A stretch of DNA of 63,984 nucleotides, filler included. It is 4 parts of 4 records of this genome, joined end to end, with 100 filler letters (N's around TTAATTAATTAA, not from the genome) between each part and the next. Parts side by side here need not be neighbours in the genome. Positions count along the whole stretch, not along the records: positions 34,270 to 63,984 come from SRR31156797_5291; 3 more parts are not named here. One strand, given 5' to 3'. This document shows positions 38,754-48,618 of the stretch, one piece after another. The position numbers and the translations under genes are program-made. Position 1 is the first letter of the stretch; the number at the start of each line of letters is the position of its first letter. The notes beneath the pieces were generated by a model. The model was given only the letters and a program-made list of their open reading frames with translations. It did no database searches and was not told the origin of the DNA.

Positions 38754-40022
38754 AAATCAAACAAAGGCCTGTTATGCAGGCCTTTTTCCTTTTTCAATGC
38801 ATAAAACCCTGTTCTCGCAACATAAACTTGGACGATTTTTGGACGATCTGAGCCAAAATCGGACAAACAGAAATTGAAAAACAAAATCAAACACCTGCAA
38901 GACTGGTTCGGCCTCCTTGACGCTGATCTCGTCAAAGCCATCAAGGAATATCTTGAAGGCAGGAAGAAGGCTGGACTCCTGTAGTTTTACTCGGTCTGGC
39001 GCGCAGATTAGTCACTGATCAGTCATGAATCTGGCCGTCCTACTTTTTTTGGGGAAAAGCGCATGTGCCTTGCTGCCGCAGGAGACCGCAAGGCACAAAA
39101 AAACGCCTATTGGTTTCATTTTTTTACTTTGGGCTCAAGCCATTTGCAGGCAATGCCACAAGCAGCTTGAATTCTCTCTCCCAGAGAAGGCGGTGTGATC
39201 TTGTCCCGGAACAAGCTTTCAGCCTCGGAAACGATCCCTTCAACATTTGGCCTGATCTTGTCCCGGCTACCTTTATACCAGATCACAGCCTCAAGCTCCC
39301 TCCTATCCGCTAACAGCTTCTTCCGTTCCTCCTTCTCGTAGAACTCCAACGGATCATTCCAGTAATGGTCGCCAAGCATCTCTGTCGTCACCTGTATATC
39401 AACGATGATGGCCCATAGATCATCAAAAGTCTTGGTGTAGGAATCGCCAAACATCACCCGACAACGTTGCCTAATCGTTCTCATTTCTCCATACACTTCA
39501 TTGTGCTTCTGAAGCCTTGAAAAGACAACATATGCCCTATCGCGGGCAGACTTCTCGCGCTGACTCTCGCCCTCTACATGCTCACGTCCTTCATATTCTA
39601 CACTTGAGGAGAAAGGGCTTCGCACAGAGTTGATCGCACTCTCCATCTCGTACACGGACAACAATGCCTTTTCAGCAAGATCAGAGTGCTTCCTCCAAAG
39701 CACTTCGCGCTTCCATGCATTAATCCCAAAAATGGCTGTACCGGCACCGGCTATGACAGCAATATTACTAAAAACACTAACGAATTCGGAAAAGCTCATG
39801 CAACACACTCTCATGAATTAGTAAGGGGAAATAAATGAGGAAAGGGTAAGCGAAGAGAAAGGAATCGTCCAGAAATCAGAAACGCCCTTGAAAATCGGAC
39901 GACTATCGGACATGCTGCCAATGACGACACAGACAGAGAACAGGACAAATCGTCAATGATCACGAAGTGATAACAGACAAAGCGCCCCACTCGGACTACA
40001 GTTTCCTGTACGCTTCCGCCAA
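38736..40022. mobile_element. Degenerate mini-island at the selC 3' end, flanked by a 19-bp direct repeat
   Basis: TCCTGTACGCTTCCGCCAA occurs at 38736-38754 and at 40004-40022; no intact integrase lies between them. Confidence 0.8.
39116..39814 (-). CDS. Hypothetical N-terminal-TM helical protein, the sole cargo of the mini-island
   Basis: Long ORF with a TM (IAVIAGAGTAIFGINAW) then a helical domain; the start may be 39799. Confidence 0.75.
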   Translation of the reverse strand: MRVCCMSFSEFVSVFSNIAVIAGAGTAIFGINAWKREVLWRKHSDLAEKALLSVYEMESAINSVRSPFSSSVEYEGREHVEGESQREKSARDRAYVVFSRLQKHNEVYGEMRTIRQRCRVMFGDSYTKTFDDLWAIIVDIQVTTEMLGDHYWNDPLEFYEKEERKKLLADRRELEAVIWYKGSRDKIRPNVEGIVSEAESLFRDKITPPSLGERIQAACGIACKWLEPKVKK

Positions 40023-40329
40023 TCGAACTTCAAAATCAGTCTGACTAACATTCAGTAATATCACCACCTAAGGCCCCAATTCTACATGGCAGAATTGGGG
40101 CTTTTCCTTTTTCAAAGGGCTATATCCTATTCCATACTTCAAAAGTCGGCAATCCCGACGAAAATTAACCATTCCATATTTATTCAGTCAACTTTTTCGA
40201 TAAAAATACATTTTTGTAGAGAAATACTGCTTCTTTGTCATTTTTGACTATCGATAAATGATGACAAAGGTAAAATCTGCTGATAATAGGCAAAAACCTC
40301 AAACCAAAAGACGCATAAAGGGAGAGTTT

Positions 40330-41958
40330 ATGACAAATTGGTCAAAAAGCAATGACGTGCTTGGAAGTGTGAACCGTGGAAATGCCATTGAGTCTGGATT
40401 GTGCACATTGTGCAGAGCGGATTGTCAGGGCAAATGTGAGACATGGCTCTCGTCTCTGCGAGGCCGTGAAATGCTCTATCCCAGAGATTTCGGACTGGTT
40501 ACCGCCGGCAGCGGCAACACGACTCACGTAGGAGTTTCCTACAACTCGCTGCGCATTCAAGGATTAAATTACGGCGCCACGGGTTCTGTAGATACCGATC
40601 AGGATCTGCTGTTCACAGACGTCAACCTTGAGACATCTTTCGGAGCCAAGGAAAAAACCAAGTGCAAGGTGCCCTTCATGACCGGCGCACTCGGCTCCAC
40701 TTTCATCGCCGCAAAATACTGGGATGCATTTGCCGCAGGCTGTGCCTTGGTCGGTGCCCCCATCGTTGTCGGTGAAAACGTTGTTGGTGTGGACCGCGAG
40801 TCCGAAATCAAGGACGGACGTATCGTCAAGGCTCCTGAATTGGAACGCCGCATTGACACCTACATGCGATACTATGACGGCTACGGTGCAATCATCGTCC
40901 AAATGAACGTTGAGGACACTCGCAACGGCGTTGCCGAATACGTGGCTGAAAAGTATGGCGACAAGGTCATCATCGAACTGAAGTGGGGCCAGGGCGCAAA
41001 GAATATCGGTGGCGAAATCGAAGTCACCAGTCTTGATTACGCCCAGTTCCTGAAAGATCGTGGCTACCTTGTCGACCCGGACCCGGCAAAACCCGAAGTC
41101 AAAGAAGGTTACAAACGCGGCGCAATCACTCATTTTGCTCGCCACAGCCGTCTCGGCTACACCGACCTCAGTTCTTACGAACAAGTGCATGATGACTTTA
41201 TGACTTCGGTCAACTATCTGCGCAAACTCGGCTTCAAGCGTATTTCCCTCAAAACCGGCTCCTACGGCATGGAAGCATTGGCCATGGCCATCAAGTTCGC
41301 CTCCGAAGCTGAGCTTGATCTGTTGACCATGGACGGTTCCGGTGGTGGTACCGGTATGAGTCCTTGGAATATGATGGAAACATGGGGTGTCCCCTCCATC
41401 CTTCTGCATGCCAAGGCCCATGAGTACGCCAGTCATCTGGCCGCTCAAGGCAAAAATGTCGTCGACATGTCCTTCGCAGGCGGATTCGCCAAAGGAAGCA
41501 GCATCTTCAAGGCCCTTGCCATGGGTGCTCCCTACACAAAACTGATTTGCATGGGCCGCGCCATGATGATTCCCGGCTTCCTCGGCTCCAATATCGAAGG
41601 TGTCCTCTTCCCCGAACGTAAGGAAGCCGTTTGCGGCAACTGGGACAAACTCCCCGCAGCTGTGGCCAAGTACGGCGATACTGCCGACAAAATCTTCGCC
41701 TGCTATCAGGATGTGGAGAAGAAAGTCGGCAAGGAAGAAATGAAAAATGTACCCTTGGGCGCTCTGGGTATCTGGTGTCTCGTAGACAAACTCTCCGCAG
41801 GCCTGCAGCAGCTCATGGCCGGAGCTCGTAAATTCGACCTGGACGACATCACCCGTAATGATATCGCTTCAGGCAACCGTGAGACAGAAAAGGAAACCGG
41901 CATTCCGTTCATCACCGACGTCATGGATGAAACCGCCAAGAAAATCCTGGATATGTAA
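40330..41958 (+). CDS. Stand-alone FMN-binding glutamate-synthase-family protein
   Basis: IELKWGQGAK.IGGE, DGSGGGTGMSP, FAGG and ICMGRA, with an N-terminal CTLCRADCQGKC cluster. ATG at 40330 with a GGAG SD. Confidence 0.88.
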   Translation: MTNWSKSNDVLGSVNRGNAIESGLCTLCRADCQGKCETWLSSLRGREMLYPRDFGLVTAGSGNTTHVGVSYNSLRIQGLNYGATGSVDTDQDLLFTDVNLETSFGAKEKTKCKVPFMTGALGSTFIAAKYWDAFAAGCALVGAPIVVGENVVGVDRESEIKDGRIVKAPELERRIDTYMRYYDGYGAIIVQMNVEDTRNGVAEYVAEKYGDKVIIELKWGQGAKNIGGEIEVTSLDYAQFLKDRGYLVDPDPAKPEVKEGYKRGAITHFARHSRLGYTDLSSYEQVHDDFMTSVNYLRKLGFKRISLKTGSYGMEALAMAIKFASEAELDLLTMDGSGGGTGMSPWNMMETWGVPSILLHAKAHEYASHLAAQGKNVVDMSFAGGFAKGSSIFKALAMGAPYTKLICMGRAMMIPGFLGSNIEGVLFPERKEAVCGNWDKLPAAVAKYGDTADKIFACYQDVEKKVGKEEMKNVPLGALGIWCLVDKLSAGLQQLMAGARKFDLDDITRNDIASGNRETEKETGIPFITDVMDETAKKILDM

Positions 41959-41976
41959 TACCATCATTCAAGCTAT

Positions 41977-42011
41977 AAAAAGGCCCGTGCAGAAGCGCGG
42001 GCCTTTTTTTT
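41977..42011. terminator. Bidirectional rho-independent terminator
   Basis: AAAAAGGCCCGTGC-AGAA-GCGCGGGCCTTTTTTT. Confidence 0.75.
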
Positions 42012-42033
42012 GACAAAAATATTCTTCAACAAC

Positions 42034-42765
42034 CTATTTACGATAATTCCCTGTAATGTCAGGGAGGATCTTCCCCATCGTCCCATCCGACTCCATCGAT
42101 GTAAGAGCGAGAGAAATTTTCCGAGCCAGCGCCCTCCCTTCATCCGAGGGTTGGAAAGCGATATACACAGGTTGCTCGTCAAGAATGGCGGAAAGATCAT
42201 AATGAAAACCGGACAATCCCACTTTCTCAATGGCATATAATGCCGTGTACCCATCGGCAACAACGGCATCAATCCGCCCCTCAAGTAGTTTCAACAAACT
42301 CCCCTCTGTCGTATCAGCATAATCGATGTCGATGTTTTCATTCATCAGAATTGAACGAGGATAGGCAAACCCTCGCGTCAGTCCAATTCGTTTCCCTTCC
42401 AAAGAATCAACATTTTTGGGAATTGATTCGCCACTTCTGACGAACGCGTGCACCTGTTTGGAAAAAATTTGCCGGGTCAAGGCTGCATCAAGGGCAAGAG
42501 TGGGCCGTAAAGCCGGTATAATTCCCATAACATCACCATCTTCAAAATATCGCATAGCCCGCTTTGCCGGGACCAAACGCATGGTATAACGAATCCCGGC
42601 CCTCTGAGCTGCTTCCTTGAAAAGCTCTATGAAGGCACCGTTTTCTTTGTCGTCAACGAGTAAGGGGATATGATAGCACGCAATCTTATATGGTTGCGAG
42701 TCATCCGCTTCAACAAAAGGGATGATAAACATGAAGAACATGAAAAAAAGAGAAATAAAACGCAT
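42034..42765 (-). CDS. Family-3-like periplasmic substrate-binding protein
   Basis: Signal peptide; LEGKRIGLTRGFAY, LLKLLEGRIDAVV and ALTSMESDGT. Confidence 0.8.
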   Translation of the reverse strand: MRFISLFFMFFMFIIPFVEADDSQPYKIACYHIPLLVDDKENGAFIELFKEAAQRAGIRYTMRLVPAKRAMRYFEDGDVMGIIPALRPTLALDAALTRQIFSKQVHAFVRSGESIPKNVDSLEGKRIGLTRGFAYPRSILMNENIDIDYADTTEGSLLKLLEGRIDAVVADGYTALYAIEKVGLSGFHYDLSAILDEQPVYIAFQPSDEGRALARKISLALTSMESDGTMGKILPDITGNYRK

Positions 42766-42921
42766 ATACGCCTCACAGAACAACTGCCATTCCCTATCCT
42801 TTTCGATACTTCATAGTGTATGCTATGTTTAAAAAAAAAAAAACCTCCTCCACTTACCACAAAGAACGAAAAAGGCCCCTACCATACGGCAGGAGCCTGA
42901 GTGTTGACAAAATTGACAAGA

Positions 42922-44946
42922 CTAGAAACGTTCAAAATCCTCGTCGTCCATATTCATATCAACACCTTGACTTGCAGAAGGCTTCGGAGAGCTTTGCGGC
43001 AAGGGTTGAGGAGTGTGCGTAGCGGAAGTGACAACCTTTGGACGGGAGGACGTGCTACGGACATGCCCTATCTTGAAAAAGCTCATAGTCATCTGCATCT
43101 GTGTTGCCTGACCCGACAACTCCTCAGAAGTCGAAGCCATCTCCTCGGAAGCCGCGGCATTCTGCTGAATGATCTGATCCAACTGCTGAATAGCCGTGTT
43201 GATTTGACTAACTCCAGCATCCTGTTCATTGGATGCAGCGGTAATTTCCTGAACCAATTCAGCCGTTTTTTGGATATCAGGGACAATTTTCTGCAACATT
43301 TCACCAGCCCCTTCAGCCACTTGCACACTTGAGGACGAAAGTTCGCTAATTTCTGAGGCAGCAGTCCCGGATCGCTCGGCAAGCTTTCTAACTTCTGCGG
43401 CCACAACCGCAAAACCTTTACCATGTTCACCAGCTCGAGCTGCTTCAATCGCCGCGTTCAAAGCAAGCAGATTGGTCTGCCGAGCAATATCCTCAATAAT
43501 GGAAATCTTTTCGGCAATATCCTTCATGGCCTGAACAGTCTGCAAGACAGCGTCGCCACCCTTCCGGGCATCCACAGCAGCCTGTTTCGATATCTTTTCC
43601 GTTTGTTGTGCGTTATCCGCACTCTGGCGAACATTGGCCCCCATCTCTTCCATGGAGGAAGACACCTCCTCAATGGAGGCAGCCTGCTCGGTAGCCCCCT
43701 GAGACAGACTCTGGGATGAAGAAGACATTTCTTCACTGCCCGAGGCTACATTATCAGAGGCTGATTGAACTTCCTGAACCACACCTCGCAATTTATCGAC
43801 CATTTCATTCAAGGCATTAGCCAGATCACCGATCTCGTCCTTCTGAACAACATCAAGCTTTTCAGAAAAATTGCCGTTCGCCATTTCCTGAGCGAAAGTG
43901 ACCCCCTTAAAAATAGGCCCGGTAATACCCCGAGTCAGAAGTACTCCCAACAACAAGGCTATGAAAACACCTGCGATCACTCCGACAACAGCCAACAACT
44001 TAGCAAAATCTGCTCCGGCTTCAGCTTCATGAACAGATCGGTCAGATTCTTCCAAATTGAATTTAACCAGCTTGTCCATCACATTCATGGTCTTTTCCTG
44101 ACCAACAGCGGACTCGCCCATAAGGATTTTGGTCATTTCATCGAAGGTAGTAACAGACTGTTGCGCTGATTCGCGAAGCTTATTGAAATATCCAAAAACA
44201 TCTTCAGCAGCTGGCATCATCTGCCCTTCATACGCCTCAAAAGCTTCACCATTCTGTCCTTGACTGGTCGCTTCTTTAATTCTGCCGACTGCCTGATGAA
44301 AATGATCGTGCGGTTTACGCACCTCTTTCAATATCTTGGCAATTTCAGGATTCGTTGTTGTATATGAAGCCAACCATTGACCGAAACGACATTGAGTAGG
44401 GTCATCCCCTCCCTCAAACTGACTCCCAGCAGCAAGCAATTCACCGACTTTGGCAGCCAACTGATAATGATCGCTTGTAAACAACCATAGATTCTTCATG
44501 TACTGTTCAGGATTAAGAATATCGAGTGCCAACAATTTCTTTGATGTCTCAACCGCCTGATTATTACTTTTAGACCACGCACCAACTTCGGCAAGGAACT
44601 CCTTACTCAACTGTTCCTCTTCAGGGGAACGGTCCAATGTAGAATAAACTTTAAAATTTTCACCATAGGCTGCCCTGTTTGTGGCAAGTACCTCATACTG
44701 AGACTTTCGTACTGCCTCATCAAGTCCTGGCGACATCAAAGTGCGCATCCCAACCATTGCCGAGTTCAAATGAGATTCCATTTGCAACAAAGCTTCTACC
44801 TTCGGCATGCTTTTATCACCAAGGGTAATGACATGTTCTTCCATGGAATCAAGTTCAACGTAACCGATAACACCAACAACCAAAGTAATTAGTGCTGTAG
44901 CGATGAAACCACCAATCAACTTTACACTCAGTTTAATATTCTTCAT
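42922..44946 (-). CDS. Methyl-accepting chemotaxis protein with HAMP and a CZB domain between the TMs
   Basis: Two TMs, HAMP (KDEIGDLA), the signature [30 protein letters not shown], and CZB residues [14 protein letters not shown] and PHDHFH. Confidence 0.92.
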   Translation of the reverse strand: MKNIKLSVKLIGGFIATALITLVVGVIGYVELDSMEEHVITLGDKSMPKVEALLQMESHLNSAMVGMRTLMSPGLDEAVRKSQYEVLATNRAAYGENFKVYSTLDRSPEEEQLSKEFLAEVGAWSKSNNQAVETSKKLLALDILNPEQYMKNLWLFTSDHYQLAAKVGELLAAGSQFEGGDDPTQCRFGQWLASYTTTNPEIAKILKEVRKPHDHFHQAVGRIKEATSQGQNGEAFEAYEGQMMPAAEDVFGYFNKLRESAQQSVTTFDEMTKILMGESAVGQEKTMNVMDKLVKFNLEESDRSVHEAEAGADFAKLLAVVGVIAGVFIALLLGVLLTRGITGPIFKGVTFAQEMANGNFSEKLDVVQKDEIGDLANALNEMVDKLRGVVQEVQSASDNVASGSEEMSSSSQSLSQGATEQAASIEEVSSSMEEMGANVRQSADNAQQTEKISKQAAVDARKGGDAVLQTVQAMKDIAEKISIIEDIARQTNLLALNAAIEAARAGEHGKGFAVVAAEVRKLAERSGTAASEISELSSSSVQVAEGAGEMLQKIVPDIQKTAELVQEITAASNEQDAGVSQINTAIQQLDQIIQQNAAASEEMASTSEELSGQATQMQMTMSFFKIGHVRSTSSRPKVVTSATHTPQPLPQSSPKPSASQGVDMNMDDEDFERF

Positions 44947-45312
44947 ATCTCTCTCCCTCATTTCCTCATAATAGTCCTACGCATACTCTCTACTCATGGC
45001 ACAGGTTGTAATTATTACCTATTATAATGTCACAAAAAAACAACGACACGCTCTCACTATAAAAGAACAAATACTATTTCCCCCAGATTCTCAAACGAGC
45101 ATTCATGCACAAAAATCGTTTTTACGTGAGGCGAACTTTGTCTAAATATCCTGTTATGAAATCAATGAGGAGTTACATGAATCAATGTTCATGTTAAAAA
45201 ACACAAAAATGTAATGGCTTTTTCCTCTGAATTTGCTATTTTGGCTGTATCCCTTTTTTTCTGGACCGGGGGCATTTGGTCTTGAAAAGAAGCACTACAA
45301 CCAGGAGGAGGT

Positions 45313-45885
45313 ATGGAGCGAAAAACCAAGTCGATTCTGTTGGTTTTGTGCGGTATTCTGATCGCATTTCCGCTCTTTAGCATGACGTATTACACCATGG
45401 TCAGGACTTCGACTCCGGAGTTCTGCGGCTCTTGTCATGAAATCCGACCGGCGGTCATGGCTTGGAAGACATCAACTCATGTCAACAATGGGCAGGGCTT
45501 CGTGGCTGACTGTATGGACTGTCACCTCCCTGCACCACAAGACACATACGATTTCTTCTTTGCCAAGACAGCTCATGGACTAAAAGACGTTTTCGCTCAC
45601 TTTACGGGCGGAGCCGAAAGCTATGATCGAACCGTTATGAAGAAGCGCGTCTGGTCGACCATGAAAAACGACCAATGCATGAAATGTCATCGAAACCTGC
45701 TGCACATGCCTGCCAAGCGAGGGGCCATGCTGGCACATCGCAGGGTTCTCTATGCCAATGGAGGCGAAGAGTACCGCTGCACCGACTGCCATCGGGACCT
45801 CGTGCACAAAGACAGGCAATTCTACGACTACAAGCAGTTCGCCGCTCCTTACCGGGCGACAGGGCTGCCGAACTTGGGTATCTAA
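45313..45885 (+). CDS. NapC/NirT/NrfH-family tetraheme cytochrome c
   Basis: N-terminal TM; CGSCH, CMDCH, CMKCH and CTDCH. Confidence 0.92.
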   Translation: MERKTKSILLVLCGILIAFPLFSMTYYTMVRTSTPEFCGSCHEIRPAVMAWKTSTHVNNGQGFVADCMDCHLPAPQDTYDFFFAKTAHGLKDVFAHFTGGAESYDRTVMKKRVWSTMKNDQCMKCHRNLLHMPAKRGAMLAHRRVLYANGGEEYRCTDCHRDLVHKDRQFYDYKQFAAPYRATGLPNLGI

Positions 45886-45898
45886 AGGAGGGTTTGGA

Positions 45899-47284
45899 AT
45901 GCATAGACGACTGAGTCTCTTTCTCGCCATGATCATGGCGGTCTCGTTCCTGTCCGTCGCAGCGGCCGGAGCACAGAATTTTCCCAAAGTACGGGAATTC
46001 CGCATGGACCGGGCCATACCGCCTCAGGGCACGGCTTGCATCGAATGTCATAAACAGGAAACTCCCGGCATTTTCGCAGATTGGGCCATGAGCCGTCATG
46101 CGTCAGCTGGCATAACCTGCCTGGACTGTCATCAGGCTGAACCCGGTGATCAGGACATCGCAGTAGACCATGAAAAATACTACTCCAAGGGTGATATGCC
46201 CATGGGTGAAAAACAGTATTTCGTCCCTATCGCCTCTCCCGTCACACCAAAAGACTGCTCTCGCTGTCATCCTGATGAAGCCAAACAATACGCCAAGAGC
46301 AAACACGCCAATACTATTGAAATCATGTGGAAGCTTGACCCATGGCTAAACAAGGGCATGAACTCCGACAATGAACGCAAGACAGGGTGTTATTACTGTC
46401 ACGGCACAGTGCTCAAAATGAAAGACGGCAAGCTCGATCCGGCAACATGGCCCAACGTGGGTGTTGGTCGCCTGAACCTCGATGGAAGCCTTGGTAGCTG
46501 TACCAGCTGTCATACTCGCCATCGTTTCTCGGTTATGGAAGCTCGCAAACCAGAAACCTGCGGCCAATGCCATCTCGGCCCGGACCATCCACAAATCGAA
46601 ATCTACAACGAATCAAAACACGGCGACATCTATCAAGCCTTCAAGCACGAGTATAACTTTGACTCTGCTCCCGGCGCATGGACCCCCGGTGTGGATTACC
46701 GTGCTCCGACCTGTGCATCCTGTCATATGTCCGGTGCAGGCAAACAGCCGACCACTCACGACGTAACAGAACGTCTCTCCTGGGAACTTCAAGCCCCGCT
46801 GACCGTTCGTCCGCAGGACTTCAAACCATTCCCATCGGGAACCGATTGGAAAGTTGAACGCGACAAGATGAAAGACATTTGCAGGCAATGCCATGGTACG
46901 GCATGGATCGATGACCATTACGCCCAGACCGACAAGGCGGTTGAAGAATACAATGAAGTATACTTCAAACCCGCCAAGAAGGTTCTCGACGAATTGTACG
47001 AAAAGGGTCTGCTCGACAAATCCAAGTTCTTCGACGAAGAATTAGAAGTCGAATACTACGAACTCTGGCATCATGAAGGCCGTCGTGCCCGCATGGGTTC
47101 TGCCATGATGGCCCCGGACTACGCATGGTGGCATGGCTTCTATGAATGCAAAAACCGATACAATAGGTTCATGGAAGAAGCGCGTCATCTGATTGAGACC
47201 AACACCAAAGCCTACAAGTATCCCGACTTCCCGAATACGGGCGGCGATACCACAAGACCGGTGGAAATCTTCGGCAAAAAGTAA
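45899..47284 (+). CDS. Octaheme hydroxylamine-oxidoreductase-family cytochrome c (epsilon-Hao-like, probably reductive)
   Basis: Signal peptide, eight CxxCH motifs, GPDHPQIEIYNESKHG and APDYAWWHG. ATG at 45899 with an AGGAGG SD. Confidence 0.88.
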   Translation: MHRRLSLFLAMIMAVSFLSVAAAGAQNFPKVREFRMDRAIPPQGTACIECHKQETPGIFADWAMSRHASAGITCLDCHQAEPGDQDIAVDHEKYYSKGDMPMGEKQYFVPIASPVTPKDCSRCHPDEAKQYAKSKHANTIEIMWKLDPWLNKGMNSDNERKTGCYYCHGTVLKMKDGKLDPATWPNVGVGRLNLDGSLGSCTSCHTRHRFSVMEARKPETCGQCHLGPDHPQIEIYNESKHGDIYQAFKHEYNFDSAPGAWTPGVDYRAPTCASCHMSGAGKQPTTHDVTERLSWELQAPLTVRPQDFKPFPSGTDWKVERDKMKDICRQCHGTAWIDDHYAQTDKAVEEYNEVYFKPAKKVLDELYEKGLLDKSKFFDEELEVEYYELWHHEGRRARMGSAMMAPDYAWWHGFYECKNRYNRFMEEARHLIETNTKAYKYPDFPNTGGDTTRPVEIFGKK

Positions 47285-47460
47285 TCTAAACACACCCAAA
47301 ACCAAAGAGAGGGCGAAATGTCGCCCTCTCTTTATTTTTGTGCCCGATACAACATAATCACTTCTCGATTATTGACCTGACCGATAAATCCCGTACTATT
47401 TGATCAAAGAGTCAAAAGGGACAATCTTTTTTGCCAAAGTTTCCAAACAAGGACAAAATC

Positions 47461-48603
47461 ATGACGATTACAGGGGCAGAACTCTTCACTCACTATGCCT
47501 CCCCTCAACGTGACTCCAAAGAATCCATCCGGCACATATCTGATGGACTGACGCAAGAGCCGATGCTTTCCTGGTTTGATGCTGTTCCTATGGGTATGAC
47601 CGTTGTCAACAGAAATAGACAGATAGTACACTGCAACAAAGCATTCGAACAACTCGTACTCAAACCGCGACGAGAGGACATAATTGGATTGCGCCCCGGT
47701 GAAGCTTTAAACTGTGTAAACTCACAATTGGTCAAAGCCGGTTGTGGCTGCTCGGAGTTCTGCAACACCTGTGGAGCTGCCCAGGCAATCATCAAAAGTC
47801 TGGAAGGGACAAGCGACTGCAAGGAATGCCGTATGATCCGTCTCGTCCATGACTCTGAAGAGCCATTGGACCTACAGATTTACACCAAGCCCATAGAGTT
47901 TGAGGGAGAGCCCATGACCGTGGTCTTTACCATGGACATCAGCCACGAACTCAAACTTCGTTATTTCAATCGTACATTTCATCACGGACTTATCAACGGC
48001 GTAGGCGGTATCGCCTCTCTTACCGAACTAATAGAAGCCGACCCCAACGATTCTGGTCTATACCAACTGCTCATAGAAGCATCACAGCGGACGCTCAGGG
48101 ATGTTCTCTATTCCAGAGATGTAACCGCCGCCGAAGAGGGACGCCTGACGCCAGACTTTGAGACTTTCGAGGCGAAACCTTTCTTCGAGACGGCAATAGC
48201 CAAAGAATGTGCCCTCAGAAACATGCAAAACACTGGTGTTGATATTCACGTATCGGTCAAAACTCTCACAAGCGACAAACGACTGCTTGGGCACGCTCTT
48301 CGCAATATGTTATCCAACGCACTGGAGGCGAGTGAAAGCTCCTCAGATGAAATAACACTAGAGTGCAAACAATGGGATGACGAAAGGTCAGCCATTACGA
48401 TGACAAACTCTGGAGAGATTCCTTCCATCATTCGAAAACAAATGTTCAAACGATACATTTCTACCAAATCACGAGATAGGGGACTGGGCAACTACGTTAC
48501 GAAACTGCTCACCGAAAAATACCTTCAAGGCGAGGTCCGTTTTTCATCCGATAACGGAATGACCTCCTTCACCCTACTCCTGCCAGCATCCCCAAAAAAC
48601 TAA
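47461..48603 (+). CDS. Sensor histidine-kinase-like protein with a Cys-rich PAS region
   Basis: PAS-like N-terminus with CVNS..GCGCSEFCNTC; HATPase NMLSNALEA and RGLGNY; atypical H box RTFHHGL. Confidence 0.75.
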   Translation: MTITGAELFTHYASPQRDSKESIRHISDGLTQEPMLSWFDAVPMGMTVVNRNRQIVHCNKAFEQLVLKPRREDIIGLRPGEALNCVNSQLVKAGCGCSEFCNTCGAAQAIIKSLEGTSDCKECRMIRLVHDSEEPLDLQIYTKPIEFEGEPMTVVFTMDISHELKLRYFNRTFHHGLINGVGGIASLTELIEADPNDSGLYQLLIEASQRTLRDVLYSRDVTAAEEGRLTPDFETFEAKPFFETAIAKECALRNMQNTGVDIHVSVKTLTSDKRLLGHALRNMLSNALEASESSSDEITLECKQWDDERSAITMTNSGEIPSIIRKQMFKRYISTKSRDRGLGNYVTKLLTEKYLQGEVRFSSDNGMTSFTLLLPASPKN

Positions 48604-48618
48604 CCTCCGGATATTTCT

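Noticed and set aside
38611-38944. Short ORFs on both strands over selC
   Set aside because: They overlap a well-formed tRNA-Sec gene and are spurious.
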